A stretch of 64,000 nucleotides of DNA. It comes from Pseudomonadota bacterium (GTDB lineage: Bacteria; Myxococcota_A; Polyangia; Polyangiales; JAFGIB01). Each line of letters opens with the position of its first letter. Position 1 is the stretch's first letter. Position numbers and translations under genes: made by a program. Below, in pieces: positions 1 through 9,959 of this stretch. A model generated the notes under the pieces. The model made no database searches. It saw only the letters and a list, made by a program, of their open reading frames with translations, and was not told the DNA's origin. The stretch spans positions 344-64,343 of the forward strand of contig JADGRE010000003.1 of assembly GCA_017881185.1 (NCBI GenBank), written 5' to 3'.

Positions 1-113
1 GAAGCGCTGGGCGCGGCCGTTATACTGGATCGCGCGGGGGGCTCCTCAGCTCGGCAAGCGCGCCGGCTCTCGCCGCTTTTTGCGTGCAAATCCGGCGTTC
101 GCCACCCGCATCG

Positions 114-926
114 TCAGCGCAGCTCGGCGTGAAAAGCGACTACCAGCCGAGGCGATCCCAGCCGCGTGCGGTTGCGCGTCAGCCGGTCTGCCACACATTG
201 GCGTACAGCATCGAGGTGCAGCGCTGTCTCAGCTGTCCCGCGCAGATCGACCGTCGGAGCGCCGGCACCCAGGAAGCCGAGGCGTGCCTCGAACGGGCCT
301 TGCCCGAGCGCAACGTGTGTGCAGCCCGGCAAGGCGGCGAGATCGCGCCAAACGGCAGCTTCTAGCGCCGGGTCGCGCGGACAGGGGAAGCGCCGGCCAC
401 GCCGTTCGAGCCCGTCACAGCGCAGATAGGCAACGAAGCCACGCACGAGCGCAGCCGGTTTCGTAGTGGGCGTGGTGTTCGCCGTGGCAGCGACGAGTGC
501 AGCGGTTGGCGGCGGCGATACTGCAGCTGCGCGCGGCTGCGCAATCTGCTGTGCTGGCTGAGGCGTCTGTGGCAGTGGGCTCTTGGCTTGCGCAGGGACT
601 GTGTGCGGTGTTTCAGGTCGGGGACGTGCTCGGGGCGCGGCGCGCTCGGCCTGGGTGGCGGGCATCGAGCGCGCGTTCAGCCACGCCACGCCCACGCCGA
701 GCGCTCCGGCGACGATGGCGATCGCGATCAGTTGCAGTGGTCGTGGCCGATCGGCTTGCGGTCGCGACAGCCGCACCACGGTGCGCCTGCGTGTGTGCGC
801 TGGCCCGAGCGTCTGCGCGGCGCTTCTGGGAGCCGGATCGGTGGTGGCCACAGCGCTGCATAGCAAACGGCACGTGCCTCGGTCGATGGCCGAGCCTTGC
901 TTGACCCCGCTATCCACAAATCGCAT
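114..926 (-). CDS. hypothetical single-pass membrane protein (basic N-terminus, TM helix, Pro/Ala-rich linker, ~110-aa C-terminal domain)
   Basis: This is the longest ORF in the region. It has a TM-like segment (LQLIAIAIVAGALGVGVAWL), a proline-rich spacer and a non-repetitive C-terminal part. The start is uncertain because the ORF start lies only 14 bp from the divergent gene at 941. Confidence 0.4.
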   Translation of the reverse strand: MRFVDSGVKQGSAIDRGTCRLLCSAVATTDPAPRSAAQTLGPAHTRRRTVVRLSRPQADRPRPLQLIAIAIVAGALGVGVAWLNARSMPATQAERAAPRARPRPETPHTVPAQAKSPLPQTPQPAQQIAQPRAAAVSPPPTAALVAATANTTPTTKPAALVRGFVAYLRCDGLERRGRRFPCPRDPALEAAVWRDLAALPGCTHVALGQGPFEARLGFLGAGAPTVDLRGTAETALHLDAVRQCVADRLTRNRTRLGSPRLVVAFHAELR

Positions 927-940
927 CTTTCCGGCGCACC

Positions 941-2815
941 ATGACGAGCCCCAAAGCGCGGTCGCAGTCCTTCATCGATCGCCTGATGCGCGGCGGGCTC
1001 GTGCTCGACGGCGCGATGGGCACCGCACTGTACGAGCGCGGCGTGCTGTACAGCTCGTCCTTCGACGAAATCAGCGTGTCGCGGCCGGAGCTGGTGCGCA
1101 GCGTGCACCAGGCCCACGTCGCCGCCGGGGCCGAGCTGATCAGCACCAACTCGTTCGGTGCGAACCATTACCGGTTGAAGGCGCACGGTCTGCAAGATCA
1201 GGTCGTCGCCATCAACCGCGCCGCGGTGGCAATCGCGCGCGAGGTCGCAGGCGAACGCGTCTACGTGGGCGCGAGCGTGGGGCCGACGGGGCTGTTGCTC
1301 AAGACCGTGAGCGACGCCGAGCGCGCGCACATCGCGGACGCGTTCAGGCAGCAGTGTCTGGCGCTGCTCGAAGCGGGCGTCGACGCGGTGATGCTCGAGA
1401 CCTTTCGCCAGCCCGAGGAGATCCGCATCGCGCTGCAAGCGGTGCGCGAGGTGGTGGGCAAGCTGCCGGTGGCGGCCTCGGTGTCGTTCGATCCCTTCGG
1501 CACCATGGCCGATGGCTCGGGGCCCGAGACCATGGCGCAGAAGCTGGCGGAGTGGGGCGCCGACGTGATCGGCGTCAACTGCGCCGACGGACCGGCCGGC
1601 GTGTACGAAATGGTCACGCGCATGCTCGGCCCCGGCCTGCCGGTGATCGCCCAGCCCAACGCCGGCTTGCCGCAACGCGTCGAAGGTCGCTTCGCGTACA
1701 TGGCGACGCCGGACTACTTCCAGCTCTACGCGCGGCGCCTGTTCAAGGCGGGCGTGAAAGCGGTCGGCGGTTGCTGCGGCACCACGGCCGAGCACGTGAA
1801 GAAAATCGCGGCAGCCGCACGCATGGTCGGCGCCGGCGGCGGTGGCGCCGCTGACGGCGGCGGCATGCGCGAGGACGAGAGCGACGCGGTGTTTGCAGCT
1901 GCGGGCATCGCGCCCACGCCCACACGCGACAAGGGCGCGATCGGCGCGCAGCTCGGCAAGCGCTTCCTGGTATCGGTCGAGGTGAATCCCCCGCCCGGCC
2001 TGTCGCTCGACAAAGCGCTCGAGGGTGCTGCACTGCTCAAGCGCGGCGGCGTGGACATGATCAACGTGGCCGATGGTGCGCGTGCCAGTGCACGCATGGG
2101 CAACCTCGCGCTGTGTCTGCGCATCCAGGAGCAGCTGCAGATGCCAGCGCTCTTGCACGTGACCACGCGCGATCGAAACTTACTCGGCCTGCTCGCGCAC
2201 TTGCTCGCCGCGCACGAGCTCGGTGTGCATAACCTAGTCGTCATCACCGGCGACCCACCGAAGATGGGCGACCTGCCCGACGCCACACCGGTGTACGATC
2301 TCGACTCGGTGGGCCTGTTGCGACTCATCTCCGGGCTCAACCGTGGCATCGATCCCGGTGGCAAGCCGATGGGCGCGGCCACTTCGTTTCTGTGCGCCAC
2401 GGGTGCGGAGCCCGCGGCCAGCGACTACGAGCGCGAGTTGTTGCGGCTGCGCGCGAAGATCGCTGCGGGTGCCGAGATGGTGATGACGCAGCCAGTGTAC
2501 GACGCGGCGTTGCTCGATCGCATGCTGGCCGACATCGCGCCGCTGGGTGTGCCTGTGCTCGTGGGGCTGTTGCCGCTCGCCAGCCACAAGAACGCCGAGT
2601 TCCTGCACAACGAAGTGCCTGGCATGCGCGTGCCGGACGACATTCGCGAGCGTATGCGCTTGGCAGGCTCGGGCGACGCCGGCCGGCTCGAGGGCGTGCG
2701 CATCGCGCGCGAGATGTTGGAGCGTGTGAAGGATCGCGTCGCCGGCGCGTACATCATGCCGCCGTTCGGGCGCTATCAGCTCGCGCTCGATGTGGTGCAG
2801 GGGATCGTACGTTGA
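941..2815 (+). CDS. bifunctional homocysteine S-methyltransferase / 5,10-methylenetetrahydrofolate reductase (YitJ-type fusion)
   Basis: The N-terminal half has Hcy S-methyltransferase hallmarks (LDGAMGT, ISTNSFGAN, GVNC, GGCCGTT Cys pair). The C-terminal half is MetF-like (VEVNPP, HVTTRDRN, VITGDPP, GAEMVMTQPVYD). Confidence 0.9.
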   Translation: MTSPKARSQSFIDRLMRGGLVLDGAMGTALYERGVLYSSSFDEISVSRPELVRSVHQAHVAAGAELISTNSFGANHYRLKAHGLQDQVVAINRAAVAIAREVAGERVYVGASVGPTGLLLKTVSDAERAHIADAFRQQCLALLEAGVDAVMLETFRQPEEIRIALQAVREVVGKLPVAASVSFDPFGTMADGSGPETMAQKLAEWGADVIGVNCADGPAGVYEMVTRMLGPGLPVIAQPNAGLPQRVEGRFAYMATPDYFQLYARRLFKAGVKAVGGCCGTTAEHVKKIAAAARMVGAGGGGAADGGGMREDESDAVFAAAGIAPTPTRDKGAIGAQLGKRFLVSVEVNPPPGLSLDKALEGAALLKRGGVDMINVADGARASARMGNLALCLRIQEQLQMPALLHVTTRDRNLLGLLAHLLAAHELGVHNLVVITGDPPKMGDLPDATPVYDLDSVGLLRLISGLNRGIDPGGKPMGAATSFLCATGAEPAASDYERELLRLRAKIAAGAEMVMTQPVYDAALLDRMLADIAPLGVPVLVGLLPLASHKNAEFLHNEVPGMRVPDDIRERMRLAGSGDAGRLEGVRIAREMLERVKDRVAGAYIMPPFGRYQLALDVVQGIVR

Positions 2816-3669
2816 ACACTGCTCGGCGCGGGTTTGCTGGTCTGCGCGAGCTGGGCTGCAAGGCTGCCCTGTTGCTCGCGAGTGTGCAGCTGCTGGCGTG
2901 CGGCAGCATTCCGCGGCCCGTGTATCCGCAGAGCGATGCGGGGCTGACGCTGGCGCGGCAGGATGCCACCACTGCGGGCCTGGTGGCGATTCGCGCGCAA
3001 GCGCGTGTCGATCAGCGCGGTCGGCAGGGGCGGGTGCGCGGGACGGTGCTGATGTTCGTGGAGCGTGCGGGCCGCGTGCGCTTCGATGTGATGACTCAGT
3101 TTGGGCCGGTGGCCATTCTCACGAGCGATCGCGAACACTTCGCGTTCGCCGATCTGCGCGACGATCGCTACCTGACCGGTGCCACCTGTCCGGCGAACAT
3201 CGCGCGCCTGCTGGGCGTGCCGTTGTCGGTCGACGAGACCGCGCAGTTTCTGCTCGGTGGCACGCCGGTGATCGCGCACGAGCAAGCCACGGTGAGTTGG
3301 ACGGCCGACGGTTACTATCGCGTGCGGCTCCAGGCGGGCAGCGGCGAGCGGCAAGAGCTCGATCTGGGCATCTACCCGCAGGATCTCGCGCAGCCCTCTG
3401 CAGCCCAACGCCTCTACTTGCTGCGCTCGGAGCGCTTCTCGGCTGCTGGCAAGAGCGTGTGGCGGGTGACCTACGCCGAGCACAAGAAGGTGCGCTTGGG
3501 CACAGCCGAGGTGCTCGTGCCCTTCGAGGTGCGCGTGGAGCGCGCGCAGGACGGCAGCGACACCTTGGTGCGTTTCAAGGAAGTGGCTTTCAATCCCCAG
3601 ATTCCCGAGGGAGCCTTCGTGCAGACGCCGCGCCCCGGCATGCGAGAGGAAGAAGCCAGCTGTGACTGA
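2812..3669 (+). CDS. outer-membrane lipoprotein, LolB/DUF4292-like (family tentative)
   Basis: An in-frame TTG at 2812 overlaps the upstream stop (TTGA). The N-terminus LNTARRGFAGLRELGCKAALLLASVQLLAC|GS is a signal peptide plus lipobox. The track ORF start at 2392 lies inside the upstream gene and is rejected. Confidence 0.6.
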   Translation: MNTARRGFAGLRELGCKAALLLASVQLLACGSIPRPVYPQSDAGLTLARQDATTAGLVAIRAQARVDQRGRQGRVRGTVLMFVERAGRVRFDVMTQFGPVAILTSDREHFAFADLRDDRYLTGATCPANIARLLGVPLSVDETAQFLLGGTPVIAHEQATVSWTADGYYRVRLQAGSGERQELDLGIYPQDLAQPSAAQRLYLLRSERFSAAGKSVWRVTYAEHKKVRLGTAEVLVPFEVRVERAQDGSDTLVRFKEVAFNPQIPEGAFVQTPRPGMREEEASCD

Positions 3670-4651
3670 GCGCCCACCCAAAGAGCGAGGCAAGAAGCAG
3701 TCCGCAGACGGCGAGTTTCGCCCCGTCTCCGCGCGCAAGGTTCCGCGCTTCGCAGGCGTGTCGACCTTCTTGCGCGTGCCCACGCATGACGACCCGGGCG
3801 ACGTGGACGTCATGATCTGCGGTGCGCCGTTCGATGGCGGCACCACCTTCCGACCGGGTGCGCGCTTCGGTCCACGTGCAGTGCGCGCGGCCAGTGCGCT
3901 CAGCCGCGGCTACAACCCCAGCGCCGACCTCGATCTCTTCGACCACCTGCGCTGCGCGGATGGCGGCGACATCGCCTGCGTACCGATGAGCATCGAGCGC
4001 TCGCTCGCCGCGATCCAAGCGCGGGTCGCGCAGATCGCCGAGGCGAAAGCACTGCCCGTCCTCGTCGGCGGCGATCACACCATCACGCTGGGCGCGCTGC
4101 GTGCGCTCGCCAAGCAGCACGGCCCACTCGGTCTCATCCACTTCGATGCGCACAGCGACACCTTCGGCCCAGCCTGGGACGTCGACATCCACCACGGCAC
4201 CGTGTTCCGCAACGCGCTCACTGAAGGCCTCTTGCGTCCGCAGGACGTGATTCAAATCGGCATCCGTGGGCCATTCACCTCTGCAAACGATCTCGACTTC
4301 GCGCGCAAACACGGGCTGCGCATCGTCATGATCGACGAGATCAAGCGCACACCCGACGCGGTCGCCGCGCTGATCGGCGCGTTCGGTGCGCGTGGCAAGT
4401 GCTACGTGAGCTTCGACATGGACGGCGTCGATCCGGCGTATGCACCCGGCACCGGCACGCCCGTGCCGGGCGGCATGACCAGCTACGAGGCGTTGTTCCT
4501 GCTGCGCCAGCTGGTGGGCGCGTCCATCGTGGGCGCCGACGTGGTGGAGATCTCTCCCGACCACGATCCTTCTGGCAACACCGCGCTGCTAGCAGCTACG
4601 GTGCTCACCGAGATCCTCTCGGCGGTTGCCAAGAGCAGGCGCGCCACGTGA
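3662..4651 (+). CDS. speB: agmatinase (arginase/ureohydrolase family)
   Basis: The GTG start overlaps the upstream gene by 8 bp. Arginase-fold Mn-ligand motifs are present: [36 protein letters not shown]. Confidence 0.85.
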   Translation: MTERPPKERGKKQSADGEFRPVSARKVPRFAGVSTFLRVPTHDDPGDVDVMICGAPFDGGTTFRPGARFGPRAVRAASALSRGYNPSADLDLFDHLRCADGGDIACVPMSIERSLAAIQARVAQIAEAKALPVLVGGDHTITLGALRALAKQHGPLGLIHFDAHSDTFGPAWDVDIHHGTVFRNALTEGLLRPQDVIQIGIRGPFTSANDLDFARKHGLRIVMIDEIKRTPDAVAALIGAFGARGKCYVSFDMDGVDPAYAPGTGTPVPGGMTSYEALFLLRQLVGASIVGADVVEISPDHDPSGNTALLAATVLTEILSAVAKSRRAT

Positions 4652-4683
4652 ACCCAGATGTGAACCCAGACGTGAACCCAACG
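4648..4683 (+). repeat. 12-bp tandem repeat x3 (GTGAACCCAGAT / GTGAACCCAGAC / GTGAACCCAACG) at the start of the ABC ATPase gene
   Basis: Read directly from the sequence. It encodes [12 protein letters not shown], and each unit begins with an in-frame GTG. The first GTG overlaps the speB stop (GTGA). Confidence 0.9.
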
Positions 4684-5717
4684 GAAGAGCCGCTGCTGGA
4701 AGTGAGCGAGCTGCGCACGGTGTTCGACACCGGCGCGGGTCAGGTGCGCGCGGTCGATGGCGTCTCGTTTCGTCTGCGTAAGGGCGGCACGCTGGGCATC
4801 GTGGGTGAATCGGGCTGCGGCAAGAGCGTGATGTCGCTGTCCATCTTGCGGCTGGTGCCTTCGCCACCGGGGCGCATCGCCTCGGGCGCGATTCGTTTCG
4901 AGGGGCGCGACTTGCTCCAGCTGCCGGAGCGGCAGATGCGAGCGCTGCGCGGCAAAAGCATCGCGATGATCTTTCAGGAGCCGATGACCTCGCTCAATCC
5001 GGTGTATACCGTGGGCGATCAGATCATCGAAGTGCTGCGCCTGCACGAGGGCATGGACAAGGCCGCGGCGCGCGCGCGCAGCATCGAGCTGCTCAAGCTC
5101 GTGGGCATCCCTTCACCGCAGACGCGCGTGGATTCGTATCCACACGAGCTGTCCGGCGGCATGCGTCAGCGCGTCATGATCGCCATGGCCATTGCCTGCA
5201 AGCCCAAGCTGCTGATCGCCGACGAGCCCACCACCGCGCTCGACGTCACCATTCAAGCGCAGATCCTCGAGCTGCTCGCGCAGCTGCGGCAAGAGCTGGG
5301 CATGAGCATCGTGCTCATCACCCACGACCTGGGCGTGGTCGCCGAGTTCGTCGAGGAAGTGATCGTCATGTACGCCGGGCAAGTGGTCGAGCACGCGCCC
5401 ACCGCCGCACTGTTCGACAAGCCGCTGCATCCTTATACGCGGGGTCTCTTGGCCAGCGTGCCGGGGAGCGTGATGGCGGCGCACGCCAGCGCGGCTGCGG
5501 GCAAGGCCAGGCTCTCCACCATCGAAGGCATGGTGCCAGATCTCGCGCGCTTGCCACCGGGCTGCCGTTTTCGGGATCGCTGCAAGTCGGCGATCGAGGT
5601 TTGCGCGCAGCGCGAGCCACCGCTGGTCACGCTGGCCGACGGCCGGCGCGTGGCGTGCTTCGTCGCGCAAGCTGCCGAGCAAGCTGCACAGCCAACCGCC
5701 GACGCAGGAGCCAGCGC

Positions 5718-5721
<4 letters not shown>
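4648..5721 (+). CDS. ABC transporter ATP-binding protein, oligopeptide/dipeptide (OppD/DppD) type
   Basis: Walker A GESGCGKS, signature LSGGMRQR and Walker [13 protein letters not shown] are present. There is a C-terminal oligopeptide-type extension ([18 protein letters not shown]). The start at GTG 4648 overlaps the speB stop. Confidence 0.9.
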
Positions 5722-6773
<1,052 letters not shown>

Positions 6774-6811
6774 GCAAGCTTTGTCCGCGAAAAGCCCCCG
6801 GTTTTTGGGTA

Positions 6812-6841
6812 TTGACCTAGGCGAGTGGGCCCGGGTAAACC
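6812..6841 (+). promoter_or_regulatory. candidate sigma70-type promoter (TTGACC-N18-TAAACC)
   Basis: This is a pattern match only. It lies in the 175-bp gap after the ABC genes, about 110 bp upstream of the TPR gene. Confidence 0.2.
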
Positions 6842-6948
6842 ATGCGGCCGTGCTCACGTGCCGCGTTCTCGGGTCTGTGCGCGGTATCACGCGCCAGACG
6901 CCAGCCTTCATCGGCGGCTGGGCTGAGCGTCGGTGCCTGACCCAATTC

Positions 6949-7734
6949 ATGATGTGTTTCGCGGTGATGTGGTGGTGCGCGGCGTGTGTCGCCGGGACGA
7001 CAGCTGAGGATTCGGACAAGTCCATGAAGCAGTACGAGCTAGCAGTCGGATTGCAGGGAGAGGGCAACCTCCCGGGGGCGTTTCAGACGCTCTACGCTGC
7101 TCTCAAGCTTGATCCGAACAACGCCAAGGCTCATCTGTTTCTCGCCAACCTCTTTCTGCTCAACCGCGACGACAATCCGGCGAGCTACGACAAAGAGGCC
7201 ATCACGCACTTCAACAAGGTGCTGGAGATCCAGGCCGGTGAGAACGCCTCGCCGGAGAACCTCGTGTCGGACGCGCGCAACGGCTTGGGTGTGCTCTACA
7301 TCCACCAGGGTCGCGTCCCCGAAGCCATCGCGTTGCTCAACGCCGCCGTGGGAGACCTATTCAACCGCGACGCGTACATGGCGTGGGGCAATCTCGGCTG
7401 GGCGTACATGGAGCTCGGCAACAGCGACAAGGCCATCGATGCGCTGTCGCGTGCGGTCAAGCTGCGCCGCGACTTCTGCGTCGGGCACTTCCGCCTGGGC
7501 AAGGTGCTGCTCTCCACCAAGGAGTACGCCAAGGCCGAACAAGAGCTTACCGCCGCGATCGAAGCCGATCCGCGTTGCGGCACGTTTCAGGATGCTTGGC
7601 ACTTACGTGGTGAAACGCGCATGAACCTCGGCAACCGCGATGACGCGCGGTCCGACTTCGAGCGCTGCGTCGAGCTGCAACCCAAGTCCGATGCGGGCAA
7701 GGCGTGTGGCCGTTATCTGGAAGCGACTTATTGA
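6949..7734 (+). CDS. TPR-repeat protein, probable lipoprotein/secreted
   Basis: There are tandem ATGs at 6949/6952. The N-terminus MMCFAVMWWCAAC is signal/lipobox-like. Several TPR units are visible (AKAHLFLANLFL, GLGVLYIHQGRVPEAIALLNAA, AWGNLGWAYMELGNSDKAIDALSRAVKL, GHFRLGKVLLSTKEYAKAEQELTAAIE). Confidence 0.75.
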   Translation: MMCFAVMWWCAACVAGTTAEDSDKSMKQYELAVGLQGEGNLPGAFQTLYAALKLDPNNAKAHLFLANLFLLNRDDNPASYDKEAITHFNKVLEIQAGENASPENLVSDARNGLGVLYIHQGRVPEAIALLNAAVGDLFNRDAYMAWGNLGWAYMELGNSDKAIDALSRAVKLRRDFCVGHFRLGKVLLSTKEYAKAEQELTAAIEADPRCGTFQDAWHLRGETRMNLGNRDDARSDFERCVELQPKSDAGKACGRYLEATY

Positions 7735-7832
7735 GAGTTAGACTGAGACCGCACTGAACCGATCCGGCCGCCGAGCGAATGCGCCGAACGCCGACCGAAA
7801 CGCCGACCGAAATGCCGACGTGGAGAAACCGG

Positions 7833-8273
7833 ATGGAGTCACTGGGAAGCTATCTGAAACGGGAACGTGAGCTGCGGCAGATCTCGGTCGCCGAGGTCGC
7901 TCAGTCCACGCGCATTCCCGCGCGCATCCTCGAAGATCTCGAGAACGATCGTATGGAGGCGTTGCCCGCCGACGTGTTCGTGCGGGGCTATCTTCGGGCC
8001 TACGCCCGCGCCGTTTCGCTCGACGAAGGCGACGTGTTGGCTCGCCACCAGAGCAAGCCCGAGCCCGAAGCGCCGGCGCCGTTGCCTGCCGTGTACGCAG
8101 CCGAGCCCGGGCGCCGTTTCGGCATCGCCATAGCGCTCGTGATCTTGCTCATCCTGTTCACGCTTGCGCTCTCGGTGGTGCTGCGTCCGCGGCATCGCGA
8201 TGCGCCGGTCGAGCTGTCGCGTACAGGCGGCCAGGCCACGAGCCTGCTGGTCGAGCGCAACGAGCGCGCCTAG
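7833..8273 (+). CDS. RodZ-like helix-turn-helix membrane protein
   Basis: An HTH (SVAEVAQSTRIPARILEDLEN) is followed by the motif DVFVRGYLRAYA and one TM helix (FGIAIALVILLILFTLALSVVL). ATG 7833 has GGAGAA 7 nt upstream. The track start 7779 adds a PTETPTEMPT repeat and is less likely. Confidence 0.7.
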   Translation: MESLGSYLKRERELRQISVAEVAQSTRIPARILEDLENDRMEALPADVFVRGYLRAYARAVSLDEGDVLARHQSKPEPEAPAPLPAVYAAEPGRRFGIAIALVILLILFTLALSVVLRPRHRDAPVELSRTGGQATSLLVERNERA

Positions 8274-8287
8274 CGCGCTGGCCCGTT

Positions 8288-9073
8288 GTGTCTACACGGG
8301 CAAAGAGTGAGCACGCCGACGCGATCCTGGTGCGCAGCGTCGACTACGGCGAGGCGGACCGCATCCTCACCCTGCTGACGCCCACGCTCGGCAAGGTGTC
8401 GGTGCTGGCCCGCGGTGCGCGTCGCAGCAAGCGTCGCTTCGCTGGTGCGCTCGAGCCTTTCGCGTTGCTCGACGTGGAGCTGTCGCTCGGGCGCTCTGAG
8501 CTCGGCAGCTTGTGGGGCGCGCAGGTGAAGCGTGCGTTCCCGGCGCTCTTGCGTGACTTGGCGCGGCTGTCGGTCGCAGGCGCGGCGCTGGAGCTGGTGC
8601 GCGAGCTTCTTCCAGAACGTTCGCCCGACGCCACGCTCTTCGAGCACACGGTGCACATGCTGCAGGCGCTCGAGAGCGGGCAGGCCGAGCCGATGGGCGT
8701 GTTTCTGGCATTCTGCGTGCGCGTACTGGCGCTCTCGGGTTTCGCGCCGCAGCTGACGGCGTGTGGCGTGTGTGGCAAGCAGCCATCGGCGGCACGCAGC
8801 GCCGACTTCGATCCCGTGCGTGGGTGCCTGGTGTGTCAGAGCTGCGGTGGCGCTCCGGTGCGCTTGTCTGCGGCGCTGCGCGCGCGCCTGCAGCAGGCCC
8901 TGGGGCCCAAGTGGCTGGCGTCGGCGCTCTTGCCGTGGAGCACGCCGGAGCTGGCGCTTGCCGAGACCGCCATCACCACCTTCATCGAGCACCGCATCGA
9001 TCGGCCCGTGGGCAAGAGCGGCCTCTTGAGCAGCGCGCGCAGGCCACCCGAGAGCGGCACGCCTGCTTCGTGA
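8288..9073 (+). CDS. recO: DNA repair protein RecO
   Basis: The N-terminal OB-fold region (AILVRSVDYGEADRILTLLTPTLGKVSVLARGARRSKRRF) and a Cys4 Zn motif (CGVCGK...CQSCGG) are present. The start is GTG. Confidence 0.85.
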   Translation: MSTRAKSEHADAILVRSVDYGEADRILTLLTPTLGKVSVLARGARRSKRRFAGALEPFALLDVELSLGRSELGSLWGAQVKRAFPALLRDLARLSVAGAALELVRELLPERSPDATLFEHTVHMLQALESGQAEPMGVFLAFCVRVLALSGFAPQLTACGVCGKQPSAARSADFDPVRGCLVCQSCGGAPVRLSAALRARLQQALGPKWLASALLPWSTPELALAETAITTFIEHRIDRPVGKSGLLSSARRPPESGTPAS

Positions 9074-9119
9074 GCGCACACTTGCGCGCAGCCCGCGCGG
9101 GCCGTAGGAAGCTCTCGTC

Positions 9120-9467
9120 ATGTCAGAAGCCGAGCGAGTCACACCCATCGAAGTGCGCGCGCCGCGCGGTGGCGACACCGTCGAAATCGACTTCGCGGAC
9201 GGCCACCGCGGCGTGTATCCCAACGAGGTGCTGCGCGGCTATTGCCCGTGCGCCACCTGTCAGGGTCACCAAGGCCCCGTGCGCTTCGTCCCAGGTGGCA
9301 ACACCGAGCTGCGCGACCTCGGCGAGGTGGGCGACTACGCGCTGCGCCTGACCTGGGGTGATGGGCACGCTACCGGTATCTACAGCTTCGTGTTTCTGCG
9401 GGGTCTGTGCAGCTGTTCAGAGTGCCTGCCGGAGCCCGGCGCAGAGCGGCACTTCGCTCGCGGCTGA
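9120..9467 (+). CDS. DUF971-family protein (gamma-butyrobetaine hydroxylase-like N-terminal domain)
   Basis: The 115-aa ORF has LRGYCPCATCQGH and DGHATGIYSFVFLRGLCSCSEC, which are characteristic of DUF971. Confidence 0.75.
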   Translation: MSEAERVTPIEVRAPRGGDTVEIDFADGHRGVYPNEVLRGYCPCATCQGHQGPVRFVPGGNTELRDLGEVGDYALRLTWGDGHATGIYSFVFLRGLCSCSECLPEPGAERHFARG

Positions 9468-9578
9468 GCGGCGGCAACCCGCGCAAACCTGCGCAGACCC
9501 GCCACCGCGTGTGGGCGTCGATTGCCACCCACCTACACGTTTCGTGAGCGCTGCGCGCTTTGCTACCATCGAGGCATC

Positions 9579-9956
9579 ATGCAGCGCGTATTGGTGGTCG
9601 ACGATTCAAGCGCTACGCGAGCCTACGTGCGCGCTGCGCTGGAGTCCGGTTCCGACGTGCAAGTCGTCGAGGCAGCGAGCGGCTTCGATGCGCTGCGTCT
9701 GCTGCCGCGCGAGACCTTCGATCTGCTGGTCGTGGACATCAACATGCCGAACATCAACGGGCTCGAGCTGGTGTCGTTCATCAGGCAGAGCGAGACGCAT
9801 CGCGACACGCCGCTGCTCATCATCTCCACCGAGGCTTCCGAGCGCGACGTGTCGCGCGGCATGGCGCTGGGCGCCAACGGCTACCTGGCCAAGCCGTTCA
9901 CCGCTCAGGCGCTCTTGGACGCCGTGGCGAACGTGCAAGCTGGCAAGAACGGTTGA
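9579..9956 (+). CDS. cheY: CheY-like single-domain response regulator
   Basis: The REC domain shows VLVVDDS, DLLVVDINMP (phospho-acceptor Asp), ISTEAS and GANGYLAKPF. ATG 9579 is preferred over the track start 9522. Confidence 0.9.
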   Translation: MQRVLVVDDSSATRAYVRAALESGSDVQVVEAASGFDALRLLPRETFDLLVVDINMPNINGLELVSFIRQSETHRDTPLLIISTEASERDVSRGMALGANGYLAKPFTAQALLDAVANVQAGKNG

Positions 9957-9959
9957 AGC

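Noticed and set aside
728-2158. Very long ORFs antisense to or overlapping well-supported genes. Examples are 728-2158(-), 583-1854(+), 10500-12074(-), 13327-15087(-), 22475-23572(+), 40257-41984(-), 53962-56730(-) and 56603-58165(-).
   Set aside because: These are typical high-GC artefacts. Their translations are Arg/Ala/Pro/Gly-rich with no recognisable motifs, whereas the opposite or other frame carries clear family signatures (MetF, CheA, HEAT, PyrG, TPR, HK).
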